The translations under genes were made by a program, and so were the position numbers. DNA of 64,000 bases from positions 8,382 through 72,381 of the forward strand of contig CAWVWS010000002.1 of NCBI GenBank assembly GCA_963933905.1, written 5' to 3'. The stretch's first letter is position 1, and the number at the start of each line of letters is the position of its first letter. This document shows, piece after piece, positions 30,611 to 41,119 of the stretch. This DNA comes from an uncultured Sulfitobacter sp. (GTDB lineage: Bacteria > Pseudomonadota > Alphaproteobacteria > Rhodobacterales > Rhodobacteraceae). The notes below the pieces were generated by a model, which saw nothing but the letters and a program-made list of their open reading frames with translations, was not told the DNA's origin and made no database searches.

Positions 30611-31738
30611 CTATCCATCCTTGTCAGTCCTGAACCAAGATGCGGGATCTTGGGGAACATTATCCTGTCTTACTTCTACATAGAGCGTTTCTGAGCGCGC
30701 AGCGCCAGTGTCATCACCATCAGTTGATAATTCACCGCCTGCTTCGGCCCCACCCATAAGTCCGATTGGCGTACCAGCAGCGATAACCTGTCCTATTTCA
30801 CCATATACCGTTTCCAGCCCTGCAAGCACAAACAAAGTATCTGCACGTGGTTCGAGGATCATGACATTCCCGAAGTCCATGAGAGGCCCTTGATACCGTA
30901 TGGTGGCGGCAGTTGGCGATGTGACAATGGCACGCGGTCGCGTAGCGAGTAAAACACCAGGGCGTTTCACACCTGCGGCATCGGCCTCGTTCATTCCGCG
31001 CAGCACAATGCTTTGTACGGGAAGGGGCAGCGCACCAATTTGCCCTTCGATACTAACGGGGACTTCCACGTTCAGGTCCTCATTCGTCACGATCTGTGAC
31101 AGTCCAGAGGCGAACCCACCCAAAGTCTCTGTCGAAGCGATGAGGATCGCAGTTGAAACAGGGTCTTCAGTAAACCGTTTTGGCAGATCGGTCCGCTCTG
31201 CCATCGCCTGATTGAGCGTGGTACGGGCATTCTGGACAGCTGTGAGGCTGGTACGCAGCCGCGCTTCAGCATTCGTTTGCAAGCTCCGCAGCGTTTGCAC
31301 ATCTTCGAGATCACGGCGCAACTGCTCCGCCCGCTGGTTCAGCGCAGGCGTCAATTCGGCCAGCAAAAGACCTGCCCGCGCCGTGCCCGTTGGCCCATCA
31401 GGGTGCAGAAACGCAGTCGGGCTGTCTGTGCCGATGCTTTGCAACACGGCAAGCAGCTGTCCCACCTCACCATCCCGCGCATCCAGCCGCGCAGAAAGCT
31501 GGGCCTCGCGGATTGCGGCCTGTCTGAGGCCTGTGCGCATGGCGGCAAGACCTGTCTCAAAGGCCTGAATAGTCTGCGTGAGAGCCTGCACACGGTCACG
31601 CGCACCGTCCGCCGCCTCTAGTTGGACGGCGGCCTCCTCAAGCATAGTCACGGCCGCACGCGCCTGCGCCGCAGCATCCCCTTGAGCCGCAGCAGGGCCT
31701 GCAAGGGCCAGAATAAAAAGCGCCGCGCGGAGTATCAC
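30611..31738 (-). CDS. envC: Murein hydrolase activator EnvC family (coiled coil + degenerate M23)
   Basis: Signal peptide, coiled coil and LYVEVR C-terminus; gpmI-envC-ctpA synteny. Confidence 0.85.
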   Translation of the reverse strand: MILRAALFILALAGPAAAQGDAAAQARAAVTMLEEAAVQLEAADGARDRVQALTQTIQAFETGLAAMRTGLRQAAIREAQLSARLDARDGEVGQLLAVLQSIGTDSPTAFLHPDGPTGTARAGLLLAELTPALNQRAEQLRRDLEDVQTLRSLQTNAEARLRTSLTAVQNARTTLNQAMAERTDLPKRFTEDPVSTAILIASTETLGGFASGLSQIVTNEDLNVEVPVSIEGQIGALPLPVQSIVLRGMNEADAAGVKRPGVLLATRPRAIVTSPTAATIRYQGPLMDFGNVMILEPRADTLFVLAGLETVYGEIGQVIAAGTPIGLMGGAEAGGELSTDGDDTGAARSETLYVEVRQDNVPQDPASWFRTDKDG

Positions 31739-33252
31739 GTGAGCAAGCTCTCCCCTGTCATCTCAGAGGGTTGGTCCAGCCCCATAAGCGCCAGAACTGT
31801 TGGCGCCAGATCAGCGAGGCGGCCTGTGCGCAGGCCAGCGCCCTCAGGTGCGCCAACCACCACAACAGGCACAGGGTTCAGTGTATGCGCCGTATGCGGC
31901 CCACCCGTTTCGGGGTCGATCATCATCTCGCAATTTCCATGATCCGCAGTCACGATCATCGCACCGCCCACTTTCCCAAGCGCATCCAGTGCGCGGCCAA
32001 GGCCCGCATCGACCACTTCGCAGGCAGCAATCGCGGCATCCAGATCACCCGTATGCCCTACCATATCGGGATTGGCATAATTCACGACGATCAGGTCATA
32101 TTGCGCTTCAATGGCTTTCACGAATTGCTCCGTCACTTGGGCAGAGGACATTTCAGGCTGCAAATCATAAGTGGCCACGTTGGGCGACAGCGGCATAAAG
32201 CGATCCTCACCCACTTCGGGCTCCTCTGCGCCACCGTTGAGAAAAAAGGTCACATGAGGATATTTTTCAGTCTCGGCCAGCCGGAACTGACGCAGCCCTT
32301 TGGCCGCTACCCATGCGCCGAGCGTGTGGATGATCGCGGGCTTCGGATACATCGTTGTCATATAAATGCTGTGCGCGCTGGAATATTCGGCCATGCCCAT
32401 AACGGCGGCCCAATCAGTCCGCGCGCCACGGTCAAAGCTGTCAAATTCGGGCGCCGCGAGTGCCATCATAATCTGACGCGCACGGTCAGCGCGAAAGTTC
32501 AGACAAAACAGTCCGTCACCATCCTGCGCACCAGTATAGTCGCCAATCACACAAGGCGTGATAAACTCGTCGGTGATGTTGTCCGCATAGGCGCCTTCCA
32601 CGGCTGCTTTCCCGCTTTCGACCTTAACGCCTTTACCCTGTGCAATCGCGCCCTGCGCCAGCGCCACGCGGTCCCAGCGGTTATCACGGTCCATAGCAAA
32701 ATACCGCCCTGTTAGGGTCACAATTTTCGCATTTTCAGGCAATGATGCTTCGAGATGCGCAAGATCGGCCAGTACCGACTGCGGGGCAACATCGCGCCCG
32801 TCCGTGAGCGCATGAATAACAACTCGAACGCCTGCATCAGAAATCGCACGCACTGCCGCGATCATATGCGAGATGTGCCCGTGCACTCCCCCCTCCGAGA
32901 CCAATCCCATGAGATGCGCAACGCCACCTGTTGCTTTGATCGCAGCAATAAAATCGCACATCGGTTCATGCGTGGCAAAGCTGCCTTGCTCAATCGCCAG
33001 ATCAATCTGACCCAGATCCATCGCAACCACACGACCTGCACCAATGTTGGTGTGGCCCACTTCGGAATTACCCATTTGCCCCTTGGGCAACCCCACGTCA
33101 GGCCCGAATGTCGTAAGCGTGGCCGAAGGACAGCGCTCTATTATACGGTCAATGTTCGGCGTCTTGGCCAAATGCGGAGCGTTTCCTTCCGGACCCGTGC
33201 CAATACCCCACCCATCAAGAATGCATAAGACGACAGGTTTAGAGACTGACAT
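31735..33252 (-). CDS. gpmI: 2,3-bisphosphoglycerate-independent phosphoglycerate mutase
   Basis: ILDGWG, GNSEVGH, AETEKYPHVTFF and TADHGN. Confidence 0.96.
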   Translation of the reverse strand: MSVSKPVVLCILDGWGIGTGPEGNAPHLAKTPNIDRIIERCPSATLTTFGPDVGLPKGQMGNSEVGHTNIGAGRVVAMDLGQIDLAIEQGSFATHEPMCDFIAAIKATGGVAHLMGLVSEGGVHGHISHMIAAVRAISDAGVRVVIHALTDGRDVAPQSVLADLAHLEASLPENAKIVTLTGRYFAMDRDNRWDRVALAQGAIAQGKGVKVESGKAAVEGAYADNITDEFITPCVIGDYTGAQDGDGLFCLNFRADRARQIMMALAAPEFDSFDRGARTDWAAVMGMAEYSSAHSIYMTTMYPKPAIIHTLGAWVAAKGLRQFRLAETEKYPHVTFFLNGGAEEPEVGEDRFMPLSPNVATYDLQPEMSSAQVTEQFVKAIEAQYDLIVVNYANPDMVGHTGDLDAAIAACEVVDAGLGRALDALGKVGGAMIVTADHGNCEMMIDPETGGPHTAHTLNPVPVVVVGAPEGAGLRTGRLADLAPTVLALMGLDQPSEMTGESLLT

Positions 33253-33458
33253 TTGGACTACGTGCTCCGGTCGGGACAAAAGTAAGTATTGCCGCCTTGT
33301 AGCCACCCAATGGGGTTACGTGAACCACTTTATCACTGCGACCAGTGATATCGGTCAGGTTATGCCGACAAACGCTCCATGCGCGCCGCCCCCTTGCCCG
33401 CACCGCCCGCATTAGCCATAACAGGCCAAACGAATTCCCCCATGCCAAAGGCAATGAC

Positions 33459-33632
33459 ATGACAGCAAACGCACCAGAGATCCGCATCGTCACGACAAAC
33501 CGCATTGCATGCGATGGCGGCGCAGGTGGTCACCCGCGCGTATGGCTGCAAATCCCTGCAGATAAGGGGTTTGTTGAGTGTGGTTATTGCGACTGCAAAT
33601 ACATCCTTGAAGGTTTCGAAGACAAAGTCTGA
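33459..33632 (+). CDS. zf-CHCC zinc-finger protein
   Basis: CDG...GHPRVWL...CGYC. Confidence 0.85.
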   Translation: MTANAPEIRIVTTNRIACDGGAGGHPRVWLQIPADKGFVECGYCDCKYILEGFEDKV

Positions 33633-33720
33633 ACCACTTGTCGCAATCCGTGCTTCCCCTCTGGTGAGCACGCCGCTGCCGTGGCAAAAGGATGCTCACC
33701 ACATTTAGGGAGCACGGCAC

Positions 33721-36510
33721 ATGGCATTTGGCAAAGGTCACCACCTTCATCTGATCGACGGTTCCGCGTTTATCTTTCGCGCCTACCACGCGCTGCCTCC
33801 GCTTACGCGCAAATCTGACGGCCTGCCCATCGGGGCAGTTTCGGGATTTTGCAACATGCTGCAACGCTATGTCGAAGGGAACGCAGGTGGGGACGTGACC
33901 CATGTCGCGGTGATTTTCGACAAAGGCTCCCATACATTCCGCAATGATATGTACGACCAGTACAAGGCCAACCGTGAGGCCATGCCAGAAGACCTGCGCC
34001 CGCAAATCCCCCTGACCCGTGACGCCACAATCGCCTTCAACATCGCCTGCGAGGAAAAAGAAGGCTTCGAGGCTGATGACATCATCGCCACGCTCGCCGT
34101 GCAAGCGCGTGAGGCGGGTGGACGTTGTACAATCATAAGCTCCGACAAGGACCTGATGCAGTTGGTCGGCGGCGGCGTCGAGATGTTTGACGCGATGAAG
34201 AATAACACCATCGACCGCGAAGAGGTGCACGCAAAATTCGGCGTCTATCCCGAGCGTGTCGTGGATGTGCAGGCACTGGCAGGCGACAGCGTTGATAACG
34301 TTCCTGGTGCGCCAGGTATCGGGATCAAAACGGCCGCCCTGCTAATCAACGAGTACGGCGATCTCGATGCCCTGCTGGAGCGTGCGTCTGAGATCAAACA
34401 GCCCAAGCGCCGCCAGACGCTGATCGACAATGCTGACCAGATCCGCCTCTCGCGGCGTCTGGTACAACTGGACGAAAAGATGGAGCTTGATTTCACCCTC
34501 GATGATCTCGAAGTTCAGGACCCCGATCCTGACAAACTGCTCAAATTCCTGACCGAAATGGAGTTCCGCACACTGACCCAGCGGATTGCGAACGCGCTCA
34601 AAGTCGAGGCGCCTGCGATGTCGACACCACCGCCCAGCGCGGACGCACCCGAAATCGAAGTTATCCCCTTCGAAAAAGCGACCTATACGCAGGTAGGCGA
34701 TGCCGAGACCCTGCAAAAGTGGATCGACCGTATCTATGCCCGCGGATATGTCGCCGTGGATACCGAGACGACGGGCCTTGATGAGATGGTCGCCGAACTG
34801 GTGGGTATCTCACTTTGTGTGGATGCAGGCGAGGCGTGTTACATTCCGCTTATTCATAAAGCCAACCGCGCTGACGACTTGTTCGGCTCTGATGATCTGG
34901 CCGAGGGTCAGATGAAAACTGAAGACGTACTACAGATGCTAACGCCCATGCTTGAGGATTCGTCGATCCTCAAGATTGGGCAGAACATGAAATATGACGC
35001 AAAGATTTTTGCACAGCTTGGCATCACAGTTGCCCCTTTTGACGATACAATGCTGATGTCCTATGCGATGAACGCTGGCCTGCATGGTCACGGCATGGAC
35101 ACCCTGTCAGAGCGGTATCTGGGGCATACTCCTCTGCCGATCAAACCCTTGCTCGGCTCAGGCAAGTCCGCCGTGACATTCGACAAAGTGCCACTGGAAG
35201 ATGCCGTGCCTTACGCAGCCGAGGATGCGGATATAACGCTGCGATTGTGGCAGATGTTCAAGCCGATGTTGCACCGCGCCCAGACCACCCGCGTCTACGA
35301 GACGCTTGAGCGTCCCCTCGTGCCAGTTCTGGCCCAAATGGAGCGGCACGGTGTCAAGGTGGATCGCGATACGCTGAGCCGCATGTCCAACGCCTTTGCC
35401 CAGAAAATGGCAGGGTTAGAGGCTGAAATTCATGAAGTTGTCGGGCATCCGTTTAATGTAGGCTCGCCTAAACAGCTGGGTGAAATCCTGTTTGACGAGA
35501 TGGGCCTTGAGGGAGGAAAGAAAGGCAAAACTGGTGCCTATGCGACAGGTGCCGACGTGCTCGAAGACCTCGCGACCGAGCATAAACTGCCTGGTCTGGT
35601 GCTGGACTGGCGACAGCTCAGCAAACTGAAATCGACCTATACAGACGCACTTCAGGATCACATCAATCCTGACACGGGCCGTGTGCATACGTCCTACTCC
35701 ATCACAGGGGCCTCGACAGGACGCCTCGCCTCTACCGATCCTAACCTGCAAAATATCCCGATCCGCAGTGAAGAAGGCCGCCGTATTCGCGAGGCCTTTG
35801 TCGCGGAAGAAGGTAAGGTGCTGGTCGCCCTCGACTACTCCCAGATTGAGTTGCGGCTACTTGCACATATTGCTGACCTGCCCGCGCTAAAACAGGCATT
35901 TGCGGACGGTTTGGACATTCACGCGATGACAGCTTCCGAGATGTTCAATGTGCCAATGGAAGAGATGACACCCGACATTCGCCGTCAGGCTAAGGCCATC
36001 AATTTTGGCGTGATCTATGGTATCTCCGGCTTCGGTCTTGCGCGTAACTTGCGCATTCCTCGCGCTGAGGCACAGGGCTTCATCGACCGCTATTTCGAGC
36101 GGTTCCCCGGCATTCGTAAATATATGGACGACACAAAGGCATTTGCGAAAGAGCACGGTTATGTTCAGACGCTATTTGGCCGCAAGATCAACACGCCAGA
36201 GATTGCCTCGAAAGGTCCACGTGCAGGGTTCGCCGCACGTGCCGCGATTAATGCCCCAATCCAAGGGACCGCCGCCGATGTGATCCGCCGCGCCATGATC
36301 CGCATGCCTGCTGCGATTGAGGGGTTGCCCGCCAGAATGCTGCTCCAAGTACATGACGAACTGCTCTTCGAAGTCGAGAAGGGCGCAGAGGATGACCTGA
36401 TCCAAGTCGCGCAGGATATTATGGAAAACGCCTCCGACCCCGTTGTGAAGCTGGATGTGAAACTCAGCGTGGATGCTGGCACGGGGGCAAACTGGGCCGA
36501 AGCGCATTGA
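33721..36510 (+). CDS. polA: DNA polymerase I
   Basis: 5'-3' exonuclease (DGSAFIFRAYHA), 3'-5' exonuclease (DTETTG), DYSQIELR, KAINFGVIYG and LQVHDEL. Confidence 0.98.
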   Translation: MAFGKGHHLHLIDGSAFIFRAYHALPPLTRKSDGLPIGAVSGFCNMLQRYVEGNAGGDVTHVAVIFDKGSHTFRNDMYDQYKANREAMPEDLRPQIPLTRDATIAFNIACEEKEGFEADDIIATLAVQAREAGGRCTIISSDKDLMQLVGGGVEMFDAMKNNTIDREEVHAKFGVYPERVVDVQALAGDSVDNVPGAPGIGIKTAALLINEYGDLDALLERASEIKQPKRRQTLIDNADQIRLSRRLVQLDEKMELDFTLDDLEVQDPDPDKLLKFLTEMEFRTLTQRIANALKVEAPAMSTPPPSADAPEIEVIPFEKATYTQVGDAETLQKWIDRIYARGYVAVDTETTGLDEMVAELVGISLCVDAGEACYIPLIHKANRADDLFGSDDLAEGQMKTEDVLQMLTPMLEDSSILKIGQNMKYDAKIFAQLGITVAPFDDTMLMSYAMNAGLHGHGMDTLSERYLGHTPLPIKPLLGSGKSAVTFDKVPLEDAVPYAAEDADITLRLWQMFKPMLHRAQTTRVYETLERPLVPVLAQMERHGVKVDRDTLSRMSNAFAQKMAGLEAEIHEVVGHPFNVGSPKQLGEILFDEMGLEGGKKGKTGAYATGADVLEDLATEHKLPGLVLDWRQLSKLKSTYTDALQDHINPDTGRVHTSYSITGASTGRLASTDPNLQNIPIRSEEGRRIREAFVAEEGKVLVALDYSQIELRLLAHIADLPALKQAFADGLDIHAMTASEMFNVPMEEMTPDIRRQAKAINFGVIYGISGFGLARNLRIPRAEAQGFIDRYFERFPGIRKYMDDTKAFAKEHGYVQTLFGRKINTPEIASKGPRAGFAARAAINAPIQGTAADVIRRAMIRMPAAIEGLPARMLLQVHDELLFEVEKGAEDDLIQVAQDIMENASDPVVKLDVKLSVDAGTGANWAEAH

Positions 36511-37166
36511 GCGATTTTGAGACCACAGGCCTCCTCTGGCTGCGCGGTGCAATTGACGCCGCAACGCTGGAGCAATTGGACCGTATGGGCGGTGCAGCTC
36601 GGGCAGGTGAACGCTTGGGCAAAACCGCTGGTCTTGCATCGCTCCTTGGTGCCGGTGGGCCGATTGCCGTGGCACTCTCTGCGCTGCTGACCGATTGCTT
36701 TCCCACGCGTGTCGTGGCGTTTGACAAATCTCCAACGGCAAACTGGGGCGTGCCGTGGCATCAGGACCGTGTCATCGCGGTGCAGGAAAAGGTTGACGTC
36801 AAAGGCTACACCAACTGGTCCAACAAGGCGGGCTTGCACCATTGTGAGCCCCCGAAGATGATCCTTGATCATATGCTTTTCGTGCGTCTGCATTTGGACA
36901 ATGAAAGCGTAGAAAGCGGACCGATGCAGATCGCGCTTGGATCGCATCTCTGCGGCTTTGTTCGGTCCGAGGATGCACAAATCCGTGCCAACGCGCATGA
37001 GGTTGAAAACTGCATCGGTAAGCGGGGCGATATCCTCGTGCTCAAAATGCTCATGCTTCACCGTTCCGCGCCTGCGGTTCAGGCGACTTCGCGGCGGGTC
37101 CTGCGCGTCGATTATGCCAATTCACCCTTGCCCCGACCTCTGGAATGGCATCGGCTGGCCGCATGA
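36507..37166 (+). CDS. Phytanoyl-CoA dioxygenase (PhyH) family 2OG-Fe(II) protein
   Basis: VPWHQDR, VRLHLD, LHRS and RRVLRVDY; TTG start overlaps the polA stop. Confidence 0.82.
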   Translation: MSDFETTGLLWLRGAIDAATLEQLDRMGGAARAGERLGKTAGLASLLGAGGPIAVALSALLTDCFPTRVVAFDKSPTANWGVPWHQDRVIAVQEKVDVKGYTNWSNKAGLHHCEPPKMILDHMLFVRLHLDNESVESGPMQIALGSHLCGFVRSEDAQIRANAHEVENCIGKRGDILVLKMLMLHRSAPAVQATSRRVLRVDYANSPLPRPLEWHRLAA

Positions 37167-37780
37167 CACCCGTCCTCTATTCCTTCCGGCGTTGCCCCTA
37201 TGCAATGCGTGCGCGTCTGGCGATTCAGGCAGCGCAGGTCCGCGTCGAGCTGCGTGAAGTTGTCTTGCGCGACAAACCGCAGGCATTTCTTGAAGTATCT
37301 CCATCAGCGACTGTTCCGTGCCTTGTCCACGTTGAGGGCGTGATCGACGAGAGCCTTGAGATCATGCGATGGGCGCTGGCGCTGAATGATCCGCTGGGAT
37401 GGCTCGACATGCGGCAGAGTGGTCTTGAGTGGATCGCGCGCAATGATGGCCCATTCAAACATGCGCTCGATCGCACAAAATACACCAGTCGGTACCCCGA
37501 TGAGGACGCAAACACCCATCGGGCGGAAGCCTGCGCATTTCTAACTGATCTTGATGCTCAGCTTTCTCCATGGATATTCGATCGCCCGACATTGGCTGAC
37601 TATGCAATCGCCCCTTTTGTGCGGCAATTCGCGTTTATCGACAAAACTTTTTTTGATACACAGCCTTGGCCGAGTTTGCACCGCTGGCTGGAGCAGTTTT
37701 TGGCGGCGCCAGAATTCGCCACCATGATGCAGAAATATCCGCAGTGGCATGCAGGTGATCCGCCTGCCTTTTTTACGTAA
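37163..37780 (+). CDS. Glutathione S-transferase
   Basis: YSFRRCPYAMRAR, TVP, ESLEIM and APFVRQFA. Confidence 0.92.
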   Translation: MTPVLYSFRRCPYAMRARLAIQAAQVRVELREVVLRDKPQAFLEVSPSATVPCLVHVEGVIDESLEIMRWALALNDPLGWLDMRQSGLEWIARNDGPFKHALDRTKYTSRYPDEDANTHRAEACAFLTDLDAQLSPWIFDRPTLADYAIAPFVRQFAFIDKTFFDTQPWPSLHRWLEQFLAAPEFATMMQKYPQWHAGDPPAFFT

Positions 37781-37782
37781 GG

Positions 37783-38538
37783 TTAGAGCATTCCCATCCA
37801 GCCAAGTGTGTCTTGTGTCGATGGGCCGGGCGTATATTCGCCACTGACCCAACCCTCATAGCCACTGATACGCATTTCCGCAAAGAGGGCTTTGAAATCC
37901 ACATCACCGCTCCCTGGTGCGCCGCGTGTCGGCGTGTCTCCGATCTGCACATGAACAATCAGATCACGGTATTTTCTGAATACTTCCAATGCATCGCCAT
38001 GGATCATCTGCGCGTGATAGCTGTCGAATTGCAGCTTTAGGTTCGGGGTATTAACCTCAGCAATAATCTCGGCGGCAAGCGCGTAATCATTAAGGAAATA
38101 GTTAGGCTGGGATTGGGGGAAAAGCGGCTCTAACGTGAGCATTAAGCCCTCATGAGCAGTGGCGGTCGCTGCTTTAAGATTGGCAATCATCGTGGCCTTG
38201 GCCGCTGGTCCTGTAGCCACCCCCGACATCACGTGAAGCATCGGCACGCTAAGCGCCTGAGCATAACGCCCTGCCCGCCGCATATCGTGGGCAAAGCGCT
38301 CTTCGCTCCCTGTAACAGCGGCAAAGCCTCGCTCCCCGCCCGTATAGTTCGGAGGCGGGGCGTTGATCAAAACCATCTGCAAACCGCCGCGCATCAGGGC
38401 GCGTTGCGTATCTTTTGCGGGCACGTCGTAGGGAAACAGGACTTCGACACCCCTAAACCCCGCTTGGGACGCCGCATCGAACCGGTCAAGGTAGGGGAGC
38501 TCGGGCCAGAGATGGCTCAGGTTAGCGGCGGCTTTCAC
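37783..38538 (-). CDS. hyi: Hydroxypyruvate isomerase family protein
   Basis: AANLS, GVEVLFPY, FDSYH, RGAPGSG and GEY; GTG start after AGGAG. Confidence 0.85.
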   Translation of the reverse strand: MKAAANLSHLWPELPYLDRFDAASQAGFRGVEVLFPYDVPAKDTQRALMRGGLQMVLINAPPPNYTGGERGFAAVTGSEERFAHDMRRAGRYAQALSVPMLHVMSGVATGPAAKATMIANLKAATATAHEGLMLTLEPLFPQSQPNYFLNDYALAAEIIAEVNTPNLKLQFDSYHAQMIHGDALEVFRKYRDLIVHVQIGDTPTRGAPGSGDVDFKALFAEMRISGYEGWVSGEYTPGPSTQDTLGWMGML

Positions 38539-38563
38539 TGATAGGCTCCTGCATCGGGTTTCA

Positions 38564-39157
38564 TTACTCCTGCGGTAGTTCCTCTGACGGGATGATGCCA
38601 AAGAAAGCGCCGCCCGACCAGACACCAAACCAGCCCTCATGATGGACGCCCAGATCAACCAAGCGGTAAAAGCTTTTGCGGTCGATCAGCGCTTCAAGGT
38701 TGCGGCGCACGCGGACGTAGGGCGATGGCTCTCCCGTATCAGGATCGCGCACAAAGCGGAGCGGCGCATCGGATCCTGCCACACTTATATCCTCAAGGTT
38801 GGTGGTAAAAGTCAGACGCTGGGCCTCCCCTTCGCCCGACGCTTCGAAGTCCACAGCGATAAAGGGCGCGTCCTGAACACGGATGCCTACCTTCTCTACG
38901 GGGGTGACGAGGAAGTAATTGTCCTCCTCCCGAATAAGAATCGAGGCAAAAAGTTTAACCAATCCGGGGCGTCCAATGGGGGTTCCCTCATAAAACCACG
39001 TGCCGTCGCGACGGATTTCCATGTCGATGTCACCACAGAACGGCGGGTTCCACGTCTCGACTGGCGGCAAACCGCGCGTTTTCGCGGCTTTTATCGACGC
39101 GGCGAGGCCTTCTGCCGATGGAGTAACAGTTTTTTGTCCGCTCATAACTTTTGCCAT
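38564..39157 (-). CDS. DUF1285 domain protein
   Basis: PPVETWNPPFCGDIDM, WFYEGTPIGR and LVTPVEKVGIRVQDAPF. Confidence 0.88.
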   Translation of the reverse strand: MAKVMSGQKTVTPSAEGLAASIKAAKTRGLPPVETWNPPFCGDIDMEIRRDGTWFYEGTPIGRPGLVKLFASILIREEDNYFLVTPVEKVGIRVQDAPFIAVDFEASGEGEAQRLTFTTNLEDISVAGSDAPLRFVRDPDTGEPSPYVRVRRNLEALIDRKSFYRLVDLGVHHEGWFGVWSGGAFFGIIPSEELPQE

Positions 39158-39215
39158 TCCCTCTAATCGAGATACACTTACATGATAACGATATAACCTG
39201 CACAGCGGAGAAGTC

Positions 39216-40241
39216 ATGACCCAAGCGGACACACAAGCCATCGAAGACATGGTCGAACAGATCGAAGCCTTGGGCGAAAAGCTGGGGGAGGCGCGTAAAT
39301 CCATCACGGCCCGCTTCATCGGCCAGGAACGCGTGGTCGAACTTACGCTTACTGCCTTGCTCTGTGGCGGGCATGGTTTGCTGGTCGGTTTGCCCGGTCT
39401 GGGCAAGACGCGATTGGTTGAGACGCTGAGCACTGTGATGGGTATGGACGGCAAGCGGGTTCAGTTTACCCCTGATCTGATGCCCGCTGATATCCTTGGC
39501 TCCGAAGTGTTGGACACCGACGAATCCGGCTCGCGTAGCTTCCGCTTTATCGAGGGGCCAGTGTTTTGCCAGCTTTTGATGGCCGATGAAATCAACCGCG
39601 CGTCACCACGTACACAATCCGCCCTCTTACAGGCGATGCAGGAAAAAACTGTGACCGTTGCGGGTCAGATCCGTCCGCTGGGCAAACCGTTCCACGTTCT
39701 GGCGACACAAAACCCGATTGAGCAGGAAGGGACATACCCCCTGCCCGAAGCACAGCTTGACCGTTTCCTTGTGCAGATCGACATCGAATACCCCGACCGC
39801 GCGACCGAGCGTGATATCCTGATCGCCACCACTGGTGAGGCCGAGGGCCAATCTGTTGAAGTATTCACTTCTGGTGAGCTGCTCGCCGCGCAACAGCTTT
39901 TGCGCCGTATGCCTGTAGGCGATTCAGTGGTCGAGGTGATCCTTGATCTGGTCCGCGCCTTCCGCCCCGATGAGGCAGAAGCAAGTGCGCGTGTGAAAGA
40001 AACCGTTGCATGGGGCCCAGGTCCACGTGCGGCACAGGCCTTGATGCTCGCCGTGAGGGCGCGAGCCTTGCTGCAAGGGCGTCTGGCACCTTCCGCCGAG
40101 GATGTGATTGATATGGCGCGGCCTGTGCTCACACACCGCATGGCGCTCAACTTCGCTGCTCGCGCACGTGGGGACAGCCTGACAGCGCTGATTGACGAAA
40201 CTGCCGCCGCACTCGCCTCGCCAAAAGCTGCCGTTGCATGA
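39216..40241 (+). CDS. MoxR family AAA+ ATPase
   Basis: GLPGLGKT, FTPDLMPADI, DEINRA and ATQNPIEQEGTYPLPEAQLDRF. Confidence 0.95.
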   Translation: MTQADTQAIEDMVEQIEALGEKLGEARKSITARFIGQERVVELTLTALLCGGHGLLVGLPGLGKTRLVETLSTVMGMDGKRVQFTPDLMPADILGSEVLDTDESGSRSFRFIEGPVFCQLLMADEINRASPRTQSALLQAMQEKTVTVAGQIRPLGKPFHVLATQNPIEQEGTYPLPEAQLDRFLVQIDIEYPDRATERDILIATTGEAEGQSVEVFTSGELLAAQQLLRRMPVGDSVVEVILDLVRAFRPDEAEASARVKETVAWGPGPRAAQALMLAVRARALLQGRLAPSAEDVIDMARPVLTHRMALNFAARARGDSLTALIDETAAALASPKAAVA

Positions 40242-41119
40242 GCAATCCCCTCACACTGCGCGCCACGTCAGAGACTGAAGCCGCGGCATTTCCCGCGCTT
40301 CTGGCACGGGCGGAGCATTTGGCTGGTGCCGTCCTTTTGGGCGCACATGGCCGCAGACGTGCAGGCGCAGGGGATGATTTCTGGCAATACCGACCTGCCC
40401 AAGTGGGCGACAGCCGCCGTGCTATCGACTACCGCCGCTCGGCCATGGGCGACACGGAATTTGTGCGCGAACGTGAATGGCAGATCGCGCAATCCGTGAT
40501 GCTTTGGGTCGATCAAGGTGCCTCTATGCGCTTCACATCGTCCGAGGAAATTCCGCAGAAAATCGAGCGTGCGCGCACGCTTGCGCTGGCCGTGGCAATT
40601 CTGCTCAACCGTGGGGGAGAACGTGTGGGTCTCACAGGCACGCAACTGCCACCCCGCGCGGGTCGACCTCAAATCCTGTCTTTGGCGGAACTGCTGTGCC
40701 GCGATGACGAGGCAGACTATGCCCCGCCCGAACACCGCGCCATGATCCCCCATGCACGGGCCGTATTCATCTCTGATTTCATGGGCGATATCGATGGGGT
40801 CCGCGCCGCGCTGACCAAAGCTGCCGATCGCGGTGTGCGCGGTGTTCTGTGCCATGTCCTTGACCCGTCCGAGGAGGCGTTTCCATTTACAGGTCGCACT
40901 ATTTTCCAATCCATAGGCGGCACGATCAGCCACGAAACGCTAAAGGCAAACGATCTGCGCGACAGATACCTCGCGCGCTTGGCCGAGAGGAAAGCAGAGC
41001 TGCAATCGCTGTGTGCGCTGACTGGATGGCGCTACGGCGTCCACCACACAGACAGCACGGCGCAGGCCGGTCTGCTCTGGCTCTATGGTGCGCTTGATGC
41101 GCGGGGAGTTGCGGCATGA
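40238..41119 (+). CDS. DUF58 domain protein
   Basis: GAHGRRRAGAGDDFWQYRP, VRERE, DQGASM and ISDF. Confidence 0.92.
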   Translation: MSNPLTLRATSETEAAAFPALLARAEHLAGAVLLGAHGRRRAGAGDDFWQYRPAQVGDSRRAIDYRRSAMGDTEFVREREWQIAQSVMLWVDQGASMRFTSSEEIPQKIERARTLALAVAILLNRGGERVGLTGTQLPPRAGRPQILSLAELLCRDDEADYAPPEHRAMIPHARAVFISDFMGDIDGVRAALTKAADRGVRGVLCHVLDPSEEAFPFTGRTIFQSIGGTISHETLKANDLRDRYLARLAERKAELQSLCALTGWRYGVHHTDSTAQAGLLWLYGALDARGVAA

